Positions 18,117 through 27,849 of a DNA stretch of 64,000 nucleotides are shown here, piece after piece (position 1 is the first letter of the stretch; each line of letters begins with the position of its first letter). Origin of the DNA: an uncultured Actinomycetota bacterium (lineage in GTDB: Bacteria > Actinomycetota > Actinomycetes > JAHEKZ01); the NCBI GenBank assembly GCA_963743915.1, contig CAVURN010000002.1:608001-672000 (forward strand). Reading direction: 5' to 3'. The notes beneath the pieces are model-generated. The model was not told the DNA's origin. It made no database searches and saw only the letters and a program-made list of their open reading frames with translations. A program made the translations under genes and the position numbers.

Positions 18117-20853
18117 GTGGAGACCGGACGCGAGCGCACCCCCCTGATCAGCAGCGGTCTGCCGACCCAGCTGGTGGACGTCGACCCTGAGGAGACACAG
18201 GAGTGGCGTGACTCGCTCGACGACGTCATCGACACCCAGGGTGCTTACCGCGCCCGCTACGTCATGCTCAGCCTGCTCCAACGCGCCCGGGAGCGGAACG
18301 TCGGAGTTCCCTCGCTGCGCGCCACCGACTACATCAACACCATTCCGCCGGAGCAGGAGCCGTGGTTCCCGGGCGACGAGTGGATGGAGCAGCGCATCCG
18401 TGCCTACGTCCGCTGGAACGCGGCGATCATGGTGCACCGCGCCCAGCGCCCGGGGGTCGGCGTCGGCGGACACATCTCGACCTACGCGTCCAGCGCCTAC
18501 CTCTACGAGGTGGGCTTCAACCACTTCTTCCGCGGCCCGGACGCCCCCGGGGGCGGCGACCAGATCTTCTTCCAGGGACACGCGTCGCCCGGCATCTATG
18601 CGCGCGCGTTCCTCGAGGGGCGGTTGGACGAGAACCGGATGGACGGGTTCCGGCAGGAACTGTCCCACCCGGGGGGTGGCCTGCCGTCGTATCCGCACCC
18701 GCGCCTCATGCCCGACTTCTGGCAGTTCCCCACGGTGTCGATGGGTCTCGGTCCGATCAACGCCATCTACCAGGCCCAGTTCAACCGGTACCTGCACAAC
18801 CGCGGCATCAAGGACACCTCCGAGCAGCATGTCTGGGCGTTCCTCGGGGACGGTGAGATGGACGAGGTCGAGTCGCTGGGGCCGATCGGGCTCGCCGCGC
18901 GCGAGGAGCTGGACAACCTCACGTTCGTCATCAACTGCAACCTGCAGCGTCTGGACGGCCCTGTCCGCGGCAACGGCAAGATCATCCAAGAGCTCGAGGC
19001 CTTCTTCCGCGGCGCCGGCTGGAACGTCATCAAGGTGGTGTGGGGTCGCAAGTGGGACGAGCTGCTTGCTCAGGACGCCGACGGCGCGCTCGTGAACCTG
19101 ATGAACGTCACGCCCGACGGAGACTTCCAGACCTACAAGTCCGAGAACGGTGCCTTCGTCCGCGAGCACTTCTTCGGCCGCGACCCGCGGACGCGCAAGA
19201 TGGTCGAGGACTGGACCGACGACGAGATCTGGTCGCTGCAGCGCGGCGGGCACGACTACCGCAAGCTGTACGCCGCCTATCACTCTGCTCTCGAGCACAA
19301 GGGGCAGCCGACCGTGATCCTGGCCAAGACCATCAAGGGGTGGACGCTGGGCTCGCACTTCGAGGGTCGCAACTCGACGCACCAGATGAAGAAGCTGACC
19401 CTCGACGACCTCAAGGGCTTCCGTGACCGGTTGAAGATCCCGATCGACGACGCCGACCTCGACGCCAAGCTGCCGCCCTACTACCGACCGGGCGAGGACA
19501 GCGACACCACCCGGTACCTGCACGAGCGCCGTCAGGCCCTGGGCGGCTCGATCCCACAGCGACGTACCGAGAGCCGTCCGCTCGTGCTCCCGGGTGACCT
19601 CGCCTACGACGTGGCGAAGCGGGGCGCCGGCAAGCAGCAGGTGGCCACCACCATGGCCTTCGTCCGACTGCTCAAGGACCTGCTCAAGGACCCGGAGATC
19701 GGCCCTCGCATCGTGCCGATCATCCCGGACGAGGCGCGCACCTTCGGCATGGACGCCATGTTCCCGGTGCAGAAGATCTACAACCCGCACGGCCAGACCT
19801 ACGTCTCGGTCGACCGCGAGCTGATGCTGTCGTACAAGGAGGCCACCGACGGCCAGCTGCTGCACCAGGGCATCAACGAAGCCGGCTCGACGGCGTCCTT
19901 CATCGCAGCGGGCACGTCGTACTCGACGCACGACGAGCCGATGATCCCCGTCTACATCTTCTACTCGATGTTCGGATTCCAGCGCACCGCGTGACGCGCT
20001 CTGGGGTGCGGGCGACCAGATGACCCGCGGGTTCCTGATCGGCGCGACCGCCGGACGCACCACGCTCAACGGCGAAGGCCTGCAGCACGAGGACGGCCAC
20101 TCGCACCTGCTCGCTGCCACCAACCCGGCCGTGATGGCGTACGACCCCGCGTACGCCTTCGAGATCGGGCACATCGTCAGGGACGGACTCCGCCGGATGT
20201 ACGGCGAGGACTCCGAGAACGTCTTCTACTACCTGACGATGTACAACGAACCGATCGACCAGCCGGCCGAGCCAGAGGGGCTCGACGTCGACGGACTGCT
20301 CCGTGGCATGTACCGGTACCGACCGGCCGAGGCCGAGGGAACCGCGTCCGCGCAGATTCTGGCGAGTGGCTCGGCCATGCCGGGCGCGTTGCGGGCACAG
20401 CAGCTGCTGGCTGACGACTGGGGCGTTGCCGCCGACGTGTGGTCGGTCACGTCGTGGGTCGAGCTCCACCGCGACGGCCTGCGCACTGACGACGCCAACC
20501 TGCTCGATCCCGTGTCTGAGCCGAAGCAGGCGTACGTGACCCGCCGGCTGGGCGACGCGTCCGGTCCGGTCGTCGCGGTCTCGGACTACCAACGAGCCGT
20601 CCAGGAGCTGATCCGCCCCTGGGTTCCCGGCGACTACGTCACCCTGGGCACCGACGGTTACGGACTGTCCGACACCCGCGGCGCGCTGCGGCGGCACTTC
20701 CGCATCGATGCCGAGTCGATCACCGTGCGGACGCTGCAGGAGCTCGCGCGGCGCGGCGAGGTCAAGCGCGAGGTGGTCAAGGAGGCATTCGACCGCTACC
20801 GGCTCGACGACCCGCGCGCCGCCGACCCTGGCGCCGGCATGGGCGACGCCTGA
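18117..20853 (+). CDS. aceE: Pyruvate dehydrogenase E1, homodimeric; frameshift near 19990
   Basis: [35 protein letters not shown] then [12 protein letters not shown] in the next frame. Confidence 0.96.
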
Positions 20854-20855
20854 CG

Positions 20856-21692
20856 ATGAGCAAGAACCTGGCGACGCCTCCGGACCGCGAGGACGACGCG
20901 TCCAAGCTCGACAAGAAGCTGTACGAGCGCGAGCTCTACCGGCTGCAGACCGAGCTGGCGAAGGTGCAGGAGTGGACGCGCTCGACGGGCCAGCGCGTCG
21001 TCATCATCTTCGAGGGCAGGGACGCCGCCGGCAAAGGTGGCGCCATCAAGCGGATCACCCAGTACCTGAACCCGCGCATCGCCCGCATCGTCGCCCTTCC
21101 CTCCCCCACCGAACGGCAACGCACCCAGTGGTACTTCCAGCGGTACATCGAGCACCTGCCAGCGGCCGGCGAGATCGTCCTGTTCGACCGCAGCTGGTAC
21201 AACCGCGCCGGCGTCGAGCGGGTGATGGAGTTCTGCACCTACGACGAGTACCGACGCTTCCTGCACCAGACGCCCATCTTCGAGCGGATGCTCGTCGAGG
21301 AGGGGATTCAGCTGCGCAAGTACTGGTTCAGCGTGAGCAACGAGGAGCAGGAGCGTCGGTTCCACTCGCGTCTCGATGATCCCCTCCGCCGCTGGAAGCT
21401 GTCGCCGATGGACGTCGAGTCGATCCGACGCTGGGAGGACTACTCGCGGGCGAAGGACGAGATGTTCGTCCACACCGACATCCACGAGGCGCCGTGGTTC
21501 GTCGTCGAGGCCGACGACAAGCGCAGGGCGCGGATCAACATGATCGCCCACCTGATCTCGACGCTCCCGTACGGCGAGACCGAACCGGCTCCGATCAAGC
21601 TTCCTCGCCGTCCGGCTCCCACCGGCTACCAGCGACCGGGCAAGGAGCACTTCTCCTACGTGCCCGACCACGCCGCGACCCTCACCTCCTGA
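20856..21692 (+). CDS. ppk2: Polyphosphate kinase 2
   Basis: EGRDAAGKGGAIK, FDRSWYNRAGVERV, WKLSPMD. Confidence 0.95.
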   Translation: MSKNLATPPDREDDASKLDKKLYERELYRLQTELAKVQEWTRSTGQRVVIIFEGRDAAGKGGAIKRITQYLNPRIARIVALPSPTERQRTQWYFQRYIEHLPAAGEIVLFDRSWYNRAGVERVMEFCTYDEYRRFLHQTPIFERMLVEEGIQLRKYWFSVSNEEQERRFHSRLDDPLRRWKLSPMDVESIRRWEDYSRAKDEMFVHTDIHEAPWFVVEADDKRRARINMIAHLISTLPYGETEPAPIKLPRRPAPTGYQRPGKEHFSYVPDHAATLTS

Positions 21693-21828
21693 GGCGCATG
21701 GGCCGAGCCAGCCCGAAGCAGCGCCCAGTTCAGGGCGTAGGTCGAGGCGGATCATCTCGGCCCGCTGCGACCGGTCCTCCTTTGGGCGCAGCGTGACATC
21801 TCATCGAGAGGTAGTCGCGCGCCCGACT

Positions 21829-21857
21829 ATTTACTACACTCTGCTACATCAAAAATA
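21829..21857 (+). promoter_or_regulatory. Operator/promoter-like motif shared with the HTH regulator promoter
   Basis: ATTTACTACACTCTGCTACATCAAAAATA; reverse copy at 25234-25261. Confidence 0.6.
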
Positions 21858-21893
21858 TTCAGGCACCGTCGTCGATGGAGGAAGGGATACGTC

Positions 21894-22226
21894 ATGGACA
21901 AGCTCTCCCTGGACGCCGTCGCACACGAACACCTGAAGATTTCCCACGAAGCCACGAGCGGCCGTAGCGGCGAAACGGTCTACGGCAGTCACGAACGACT
22001 CCTGCGCCAGACCCTCATCGCTTTGACCACCGGCACCACAATGGCCGAGCACGAGAGCCCTGGTGAAGCCACGTTGCTCGTGGTCGCTGGACACGTCCGG
22101 CTGTCTTCCGCCGACGACGAGTGTGAGGGCCTGCCCGGAGACCTGATCGCGATACCCCCAGCACGGCACACCCTCGAAGCGCTCACAGACTCTGCCGTCC
22201 TACTCACCGTGGCCAAGGACAGATGA
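21894..22226 (+). CDS. Cupin domain protein
   Basis: LRQTLIAL, EHESPGEATL, IPPARH. Confidence 0.88.
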   Translation: MDKLSLDAVAHEHLKISHEATSGRSGETVYGSHERLLRQTLIALTTGTTMAEHESPGEATLLVVAGHVRLSSADDECEGLPGDLIAIPPARHTLEALTDSAVLLTVAKDR

Positions 22227-22537
22227 CAATGCCCAAGCACACCAGCGGCCAACATTGTGATCACGCGGATCTGGGCCGTATCCACGAAGCCCTCAACGAG
22301 ACCTACTCCGAGACTCTCACCGATGTGCGCAACAAGGCCGAGGGTCTTGACCGGGCAGCATGCGGTCCACACCTGACCCACCTTGCCGAACTCGCTGCCG
22401 CCGCTGCTGCCGGTGGCGCCTCGGCCAGCACATGGCGTGACGACATCCTTGCCAACGCCGGTCCGTCGGCGGCCGGCCCTCTCGATGCCGCCGAGGCCTG
22501 CATGCGCCAATCCGGTCTCTGGCCCTGGAATCCCTGA
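22223..22537 (+). CDS. Hypothetical protein (104 aa)
   Basis: ATGA overlap with the cupin gene; ends EACMRQSGLWPW. Confidence 0.7.
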   Translation: MTMPKHTSGQHCDHADLGRIHEALNETYSETLTDVRNKAEGLDRAACGPHLTHLAELAAAAAAGGASASTWRDDILANAGPSAAGPLDAAEACMRQSGLWPWNP

Positions 22538-22597
22538 GTGACCGCTTCACCTCACGGTGGTCAAACCCTGACCAGGTAAATACTGAGAAGGAGTCCC

Positions 22598-23836
22598 ATG
22601 GAGCAGCACACCATGGTGATCGTTGGCGCGGGTCTGGCCGGGGCCAGGGCCGCGCAGACGCTGCGTGACGAGGGCCACGACGGGCGCATCCTGCTGGTTG
22701 GTGACGAACCGGAACGACCCTACGCGCGGCCCGACCTCTCCAAGGGATACCTCCTGGGGACCGCGACACGAGACTCGCTCTACGTCCACGCCGAGGGTTG
22801 GTACACCGAGAACGATGTGGACCTACGCACGGAAACAAGAGTCACTGACCTTGACCTCGCCACCCGTGAGGTAGTGCTCGACGACGGTGAACGCATCGGG
22901 TTCGAGGCTGCCCTACTCACGACCGGATCGTCTCCCCGGAAGATCACCGTGCCAGGGGCGGGGCTCGCCGGCGTCCACTACCTGCGTCGCCTGTCCGACT
23001 CCGACGCGTTGCGTTCGGCCATGACCGGTGAGGTTCGGCGGGTCGTCGTGATCGGAGGTGGCTGGATCGGGCTCGAGGTTGCGGCGGCCGCACGTACCCT
23101 TGGTCACGACGTCACCGTCATCGAGCCGCAAGCGATGGTGCTCCGTGGACCATTGGGCGACGAGCTCGGTGCCGTGTTCGCCGACCTTCACCGCACCAAC
23201 GGCGTACGACTGCTACTAGGCGTCGGCGCCACCGAGCTCCGTGGCCAGTCCGGAGTCGCCACGACAGTAGTCACGACGGCCGAAGAGGAGATCCGGGCCG
23301 ACCTGATCGTCGTCGGTGTCGGTGCGAGCCCCAACACCGATCTAGCCCAACGCGCCGGCCTCTCCGTGGACAACGGCGTGACCGCCGACGAGTCGCTGCG
23401 CACATCCCACCCAGACGTCTTCGTTGCAGGGGACATTGCAAACGCCTTGCACCCTGTGTTTCGTCGTCCACTGCGGGTAGAGCACTGGTCGAACGCGCTC
23501 CACTCCGGTCCGGCCGCAGCTCGGTCGATGCTCGGGCATCAGGTCAGCTACGACCGGATCCCGTACTTCTATACCGACCAGTTCGACCTCGGGATGGAGT
23601 ACTCCGGCGACACTGGACCCGCTGGCCACGACCGGATCGTCTACCGGGGTGAACCAGGCTCCGGGGCCTTTATCGCTTTCTGGCTCCGCGATGAACGGGT
23701 TGTCGCCGGGATGAACGTCAACGTCTGGGACGTGGCCGACTCGATCCAAGGTCTCATCCGCTCCGGCGCAGCTGTCAACGCGTCGGCCCTGGCCGACCCG
23801 GACGTGCCGCTCGACGACGTTACTCAGTCGAGATAG
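22598..23836 (+). CDS. FAD/NAD(P)-dependent ferredoxin-reductase-like oxidoreductase
   Basis: GAGLAG, PYARPDLSK, GGGWIGLE, AGD, RVEHWSNA, PYFYTDQ. Confidence 0.93.
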   Translation: MEQHTMVIVGAGLAGARAAQTLRDEGHDGRILLVGDEPERPYARPDLSKGYLLGTATRDSLYVHAEGWYTENDVDLRTETRVTDLDLATREVVLDDGERIGFEAALLTTGSSPRKITVPGAGLAGVHYLRRLSDSDALRSAMTGEVRRVVVIGGGWIGLEVAAAARTLGHDVTVIEPQAMVLRGPLGDELGAVFADLHRTNGVRLLLGVGATELRGQSGVATTVVTTAEEEIRADLIVVGVGASPNTDLAQRAGLSVDNGVTADESLRTSHPDVFVAGDIANALHPVFRRPLRVEHWSNALHSGPAAARSMLGHQVSYDRIPYFYTDQFDLGMEYSGDTGPAGHDRIVYRGEPGSGAFIAFWLRDERVVAGMNVNVWDVADSIQGLIRSGAAVNASALADPDVPLDDVTQSR

Positions 23837-23867
23837 CCACAACGCGACTTGGTCTGCCCGAACCCTT

Positions 23868-24239
23868 TCAACTGCTGGACTCGTTCAAGAGGTCGACGAG
23901 AACCTTCGCATGACTGATCTCCGCCTGCTTGGTGGCCGTGAGCAGGGTGAGGTTCTTGCGTGTGGCAAGGGCACGCAGGTGATCGAAGGCCGCGGCGCGC
24001 TCGGGCTCATCGAGTTCTACTAGATACCGATCGCGGAACTGCCCGAACAACTCACGATCATGGCCATACCAGGTACGAAGCTCCGTCGAAGGCGCAACGG
24101 CTTTGCACCACTCGTCGAGGTCAGCCTTCTCCTTGGACAGGCCCCGTGGCCAAATCCGGTCAACCAGAACCCGGGATCCATCGCCTGCCCGACGCTCGTC
24201 GTAGGCGTGTCCAACCCGGATCGTGTGCAGATCTGCCAT
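23868..24239 (-). CDS. DUF488 (YeaO-like) protein
   Basis: RVLVDRIWPRGLSK, APSTELRTWYGH. Confidence 0.9.
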   Translation of the reverse strand: MADLHTIRVGHAYDERRAGDGSRVLVDRIWPRGLSKEKADLDEWCKAVAPSTELRTWYGHDRELFGQFRDRYLVELDEPERAAAFDHLRALATRKNLTLLTATKQAEISHAKVLVDLLNESSS

Positions 24240-24546
24240 TGGTGAGCAAGCGTACGCGTCGCCAGACGTACTACCTTCTAGGCATCGCCTGGTCCTCGCT
24301 TCGGGGGTGATCGCGTCGGCGTCCCTCGGATTCAAGAATCACGTCTTCCTCGAACTGCTCACCTGTTCCGTGGGCGAAGTCATGGGACGTGGCGGCTACG
24401 AGTCTGTAGCGCGAACCCGATCAGCAGGGCAGACATCAACGGGTCGGCCGCAGTAACTGCCTGCTCCTAGCTGGGTTCCACCGCAACGAAGACGAGAAGC
24501 CAGAGAGCGACTATCGCCCCGACATGCAGGTGCCATGGCGCTCGCT

Positions 24547-25242
24547 TCACGTGGCCACCCGGCGGGCGGCCGGGTGCATTCGGAGCCGACAGGCACCTGG
24601 TTCAGCGAAGGGAAGCAGCTCGGCACCCTCTGGATCTCCCCCCAACTCGGCCAAAGCGCCACGGACGATGCCGAGATGCACCGGACAGACCACGTCTGGT
24701 TGCGCACGTGCGGCGTCGAGCAGAGGGCACCTGATCAGCTGGGCGCTCGTCGCTCGCGAATCGGGTCGCGGAGCAAACCCGAGTCCTTCGAGGAGATCGA
24801 TGACCGCACGCCGAGCGCGCGCAGGCGTCCCCGCTGAGGCGCCAGCAACCAAGACCTTGCCCCAAGCCTCACCGGCACTTATCGCATCCGAACGGGGGTT
24901 CACACTGCTTCTTGACAGCTGACCGGCAAGTGCAGTGGCCAATCCGGCGTAGTCGCGGACGCGGTGGTCCGGTTCGGTGTTCTGGATGGCAGCCGCGTAT
25001 ACCCATGCTGGACGACCGCGGCCATTGGCGGCCGAGCGCTCGCGGGTAACAAGTCGGCGCTCAACGAGCGCATCGAGGTGCTTTCGCACCGTGTTGGCGT
25101 GAAGATCCAGTTGGGTCGCCAGCGCGCCGACCGTCGTTGCCGAATCAGACCGCTGCAGCTCCTCCAGAACTCGAGATCGCTGCGGGGACAGGGACGCGTG
25201 ACCCACATCATGCCGAGTTGGTGCAGGACCCATTATTTTCAC
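24547..25242 (-). CDS. wHTH transcriptional regulator with C-terminal Cys/His sensor (ArnR/SufR-like)
   Basis: LHANTVRKHL, GRGRPAW, CPL...VCPVHLG...PF..PGAC. Confidence 0.88.
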   Translation of the reverse strand: MKIMGPAPTRHDVGHASLSPQRSRVLEELQRSDSATTVGALATQLDLHANTVRKHLDALVERRLVTRERSAANGRGRPAWVYAAAIQNTEPDHRVRDYAGLATALAGQLSRSSVNPRSDAISAGEAWGKVLVAGASAGTPARARRAVIDLLEGLGFAPRPDSRATSAQLIRCPLLDAARAQPDVVCPVHLGIVRGALAELGGDPEGAELLPFAEPGACRLRMHPAARRVAT

Positions 25243-25261
25243 GTATCACAGTGTAGTAAAT
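25234..25261 (-). promoter_or_regulatory. Second copy of the operator-like motif, overlapping the regulator start
   Basis: Reverse strand ATTTACTACACTGTGATACGTGAAAATA; TACACT -10-like hexamer 7 nt before the GTG. Confidence 0.6.
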
Positions 25262-25304
25262 TGAGCTCAAAAGACACACACCAGACGCACGGAAAGAGAT
25301 TTCC

Positions 25305-25651
25305 ATGGCAACGGAGGATGACGCCGAAGCAATCGACGCAGTTGTCGTCCATCACGCCGTTTTCGCCGAGGCACTCACTGCCCGCGTTGCGGCGCTGACG
25401 AGGAGCGAGGACTGTTCGCCGAGCTGCGCCTGGACTCTGAGTTCACCGCGCACGTCGATGCGCTGTGCACCGAGCATCGCACAATCGAGGACCTCTTGAC
25501 CCGAGTGTCTCGGGGTGATCTCGGGGCAGGCGAAGCCCTGGAGAAACCTCTTCGACGCCACATCGTCAAGGAGGAGAACGGCGTATTCCCGGCTGCCGCG
25601 ATCGCCCTCGACTGCGCGGCCTGGGACAGATTGGACGTTCTCGGATCGTGA
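25305..25651 (+). pseudogene. Hemerythrin-domain remnant (two out-of-frame pieces)
   Basis: MATEDDAEAIDAVVVHH... then in another frame DEERGLFAEL...EH...LRRHIVKEENGVFP...*. Confidence 0.65.
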
Positions 25652-26415
25652 GCACGTACCTGCCGCCACAGCACGGCGCCTGGGCCTTCTTGGCGCTGCC
25701 GCTCGTGCTCGGGTTCATCGTGACGCCGTGGACTCCGCTGTTGCTTGTTCTGGCAATGGCCTGGATTGCCGCCTATCCGCTGTCGTACGCCGCGTTCGGC
25801 CTCGTCCGGGCCAAGCGCCCCCAACGCTTTCGCGCGCCCTTCCTCCTTTGGTGTGCGGTCGTCGTGCCAGCTGTGGTCGTCCTACTGGTGTGGCGTCCCT
25901 GGCTGCTGTGGGTGGGCCTCGGATACGCCGTTCTGTTCGCCGTCAACCTCGCCTACGCGCGTCGCAACAACGAACGAGCTCTCACCAACGACGTCGTATT
26001 CGTCATCGAGTGCGCGGCAATGGTGCCCGTGACATGGGCGGTGGGGGCAGGAGGCAAGTCATGGACGCCACCGAGCTTCGGTGAGGTGCCTGACGATGTA
26101 TGGATCCTCACCTTGGTCTGCGCGCTCGTGCTGCTCGGCTCGACACTGCACGTGAAGTCATTGATTCGCGAGCGCCGGGACCCACGGTACGCACGAGCAT
26201 CGCTCGTCGTTGCCTCTCTCTCCGTGCTTACGGCCGTGGTCCTGGCGGTCTGGTGGGAGTGGCCCTCTGGTGCCTGGCTGATCGCACCATTTGCTGTGCT
26301 CGCCGTTCGGGCGTTTGCAGTACCTGGTCGATCAATGCGTCCCGGAGCGATCGGCATGATCGAACTCGCCTGCTTCGTGCTGGTGGCCGTGTCGGCGGTT
26401 CTCGCCGCCACATAG
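25648..26415 (+). CDS. YwiC-like membrane protein
   Basis: PPQHGAWAFL, ERALTND, HVKSLIRE, IGMIE. Confidence 0.9.
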   Translation: MSTYLPPQHGAWAFLALPLVLGFIVTPWTPLLLVLAMAWIAAYPLSYAAFGLVRAKRPQRFRAPFLLWCAVVVPAVVVLLVWRPWLLWVGLGYAVLFAVNLAYARRNNERALTNDVVFVIECAAMVPVTWAVGAGGKSWTPPSFGEVPDDVWILTLVCALVLLGSTLHVKSLIRERRDPRYARASLVVASLSVLTAVVLAVWWEWPSGAWLIAPFAVLAVRAFAVPGRSMRPGAIGMIELACFVLVAVSAVLAAT

Positions 26416-26523
26416 GGCCTGCGACGACTCAGGTGCGCCGGCACCACAGAGGACCTACCGGCCAGGTCTTCACCGCGGGGTCAACCAATGCGGGTCCGGC
26501 TGGCCTTGACGGCCCGGGCGGAG

Positions 26524-26540
26524 TTGTGGGGGGTCCACAA
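26524..26540. promoter_or_regulatory. MabR/FasR-type operator upstream of the regulator
   Basis: TTGT-GGGGGGTCC-ACAA (TTGT-N9-ACAA). Confidence 0.6.
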
Positions 26541-26585
26541 CCCCCGGAAACCGGGTGCATCAGCGGTTCACCTACCCTGCGGGGC

Positions 26586-27772
26586 ATGCCGTCCCCACGG
26601 GCCAGCGCCGCCACCGTGCGCCGGATCGAGCGCGCCTCCGGCCAGCTCGCCAGCGAGGCGATGGCCCGCGTCGAGGCGTCACTCCCCTGGTTCCGCGCGA
26701 TGTCGGCCGAGGACCGCTCCTGGATCACGCTGGTCGCACAGGCGGGCATCGGCGCCTTCGTCGCCTGGAGCCGGCGGCCGGACGCCGCACGCGCCATCAC
26801 CGCCGAGGTGTTCGGCTCCGCGCCGCGCGAGCTGGCCCGCGTGGTCACGCTGCAGCAGACCGTCGAGCTGGTGCGGACCACGATCGAGGTCGTCGAGGAG
26901 CACTCCGCCGAGCTCGCCGCCCCCGGGGACGAGGCACAGCTGCGTGAGGCGGTGCTGGTCTTCGCCCGCGAGGTGGCCTTCGCCGCCGCCGAGGTCTACG
27001 CCCAGGCAGCCGAGGTGCGGGGCGCCTGGGATGCCCGGCTGGAGTCGCTGCTGGCCGACGCCGTCATGCGCGGCGACGTCGGCGACGACGACCTCTCGCG
27101 AGCCGCCGCACTGGGCTGGTCGCGCGCGCCCGCATGTGTTCGCCATGGCCGGCACGACGCCGGACGCCACCGCCGCGACGGTCGTCGACGCGCTCCGGCG
27201 CGCCGCACGTCACAACGGGCTGGACGCGGTCAGCGGCGTCCACGGCCACGAGCTGATCTGCGTGCTGGGCGGCACGCTCGGGGAGGCCCTCGACCCGCTT
27301 CCTGCGGCGTCGGCACTGGTCGCCCAGTTCGGCCCCGGCCAGGTCGTCGTCGGACCGGTCGTCGACGACCTCACGCGGGCCGTCCGTTCGGTCGCGGCGG
27401 CCCGAGCCGGCCTGCGCGCCGCAGCCGGGTGGCCGGATGCGCCACGCCCGGTGCTCCGCCGACGCCCTGCTCCCCGAGCGGGCGCTCGACGGTGACGCCG
27501 AGGCGCGTCGCACGCTCGTGCAGCACGTCTACCGACCACTCGCCGAGGCCGGAGGCGGGCTGTTGGAGACCGCGGCCGCGGTGCTCGAGCAGTCCCCGTC
27601 GCTGGAGGCCGCCGCCCGGGCGCTCTTCGTCCACGCCAACACCGTCCGCTACCGGCTCCGCAGGATCACCGACGTCAGCGGGCTGGTCCCCACCGAGCCT
27701 CGCGACGCCTTCACCTTGCGGGTGGCCCTGACCCTTGGCCGACTCGACGAGCACCCACCGCCGATCTTGTAG
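26586..27772 (+). CDS. fasR: PucR-family fatty-acid synthesis regulator (FasR/MabR); two frameshifts
   Basis: [49 protein letters not shown]. Confidence 0.9.
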
Positions 27773-27783
27773 GAATCCCACAA
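27767..27783. promoter_or_regulatory. MabR/FasR-type operator upstream of fabD
   Basis: TTGT-AGGAATCCC-ACAA. Confidence 0.65.
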
Positions 27784-27849
27784 CGCAACCCCTCGGGCTT
27801 GGTTCGCGCCGGTACCGGTTCCCGACGCGCGGTGGGGCAGAGTGGCTCC

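Noticed and set aside
17973-20174. 799-aa minus-strand ORF, and similar long antisense ORFs such as 50824..52320 and 11194..12744
   Set aside because: Stop-poor reverse frames of real high-GC genes; only the last 65 aa (DUF1918) of the 799-aa ORF is a real gene
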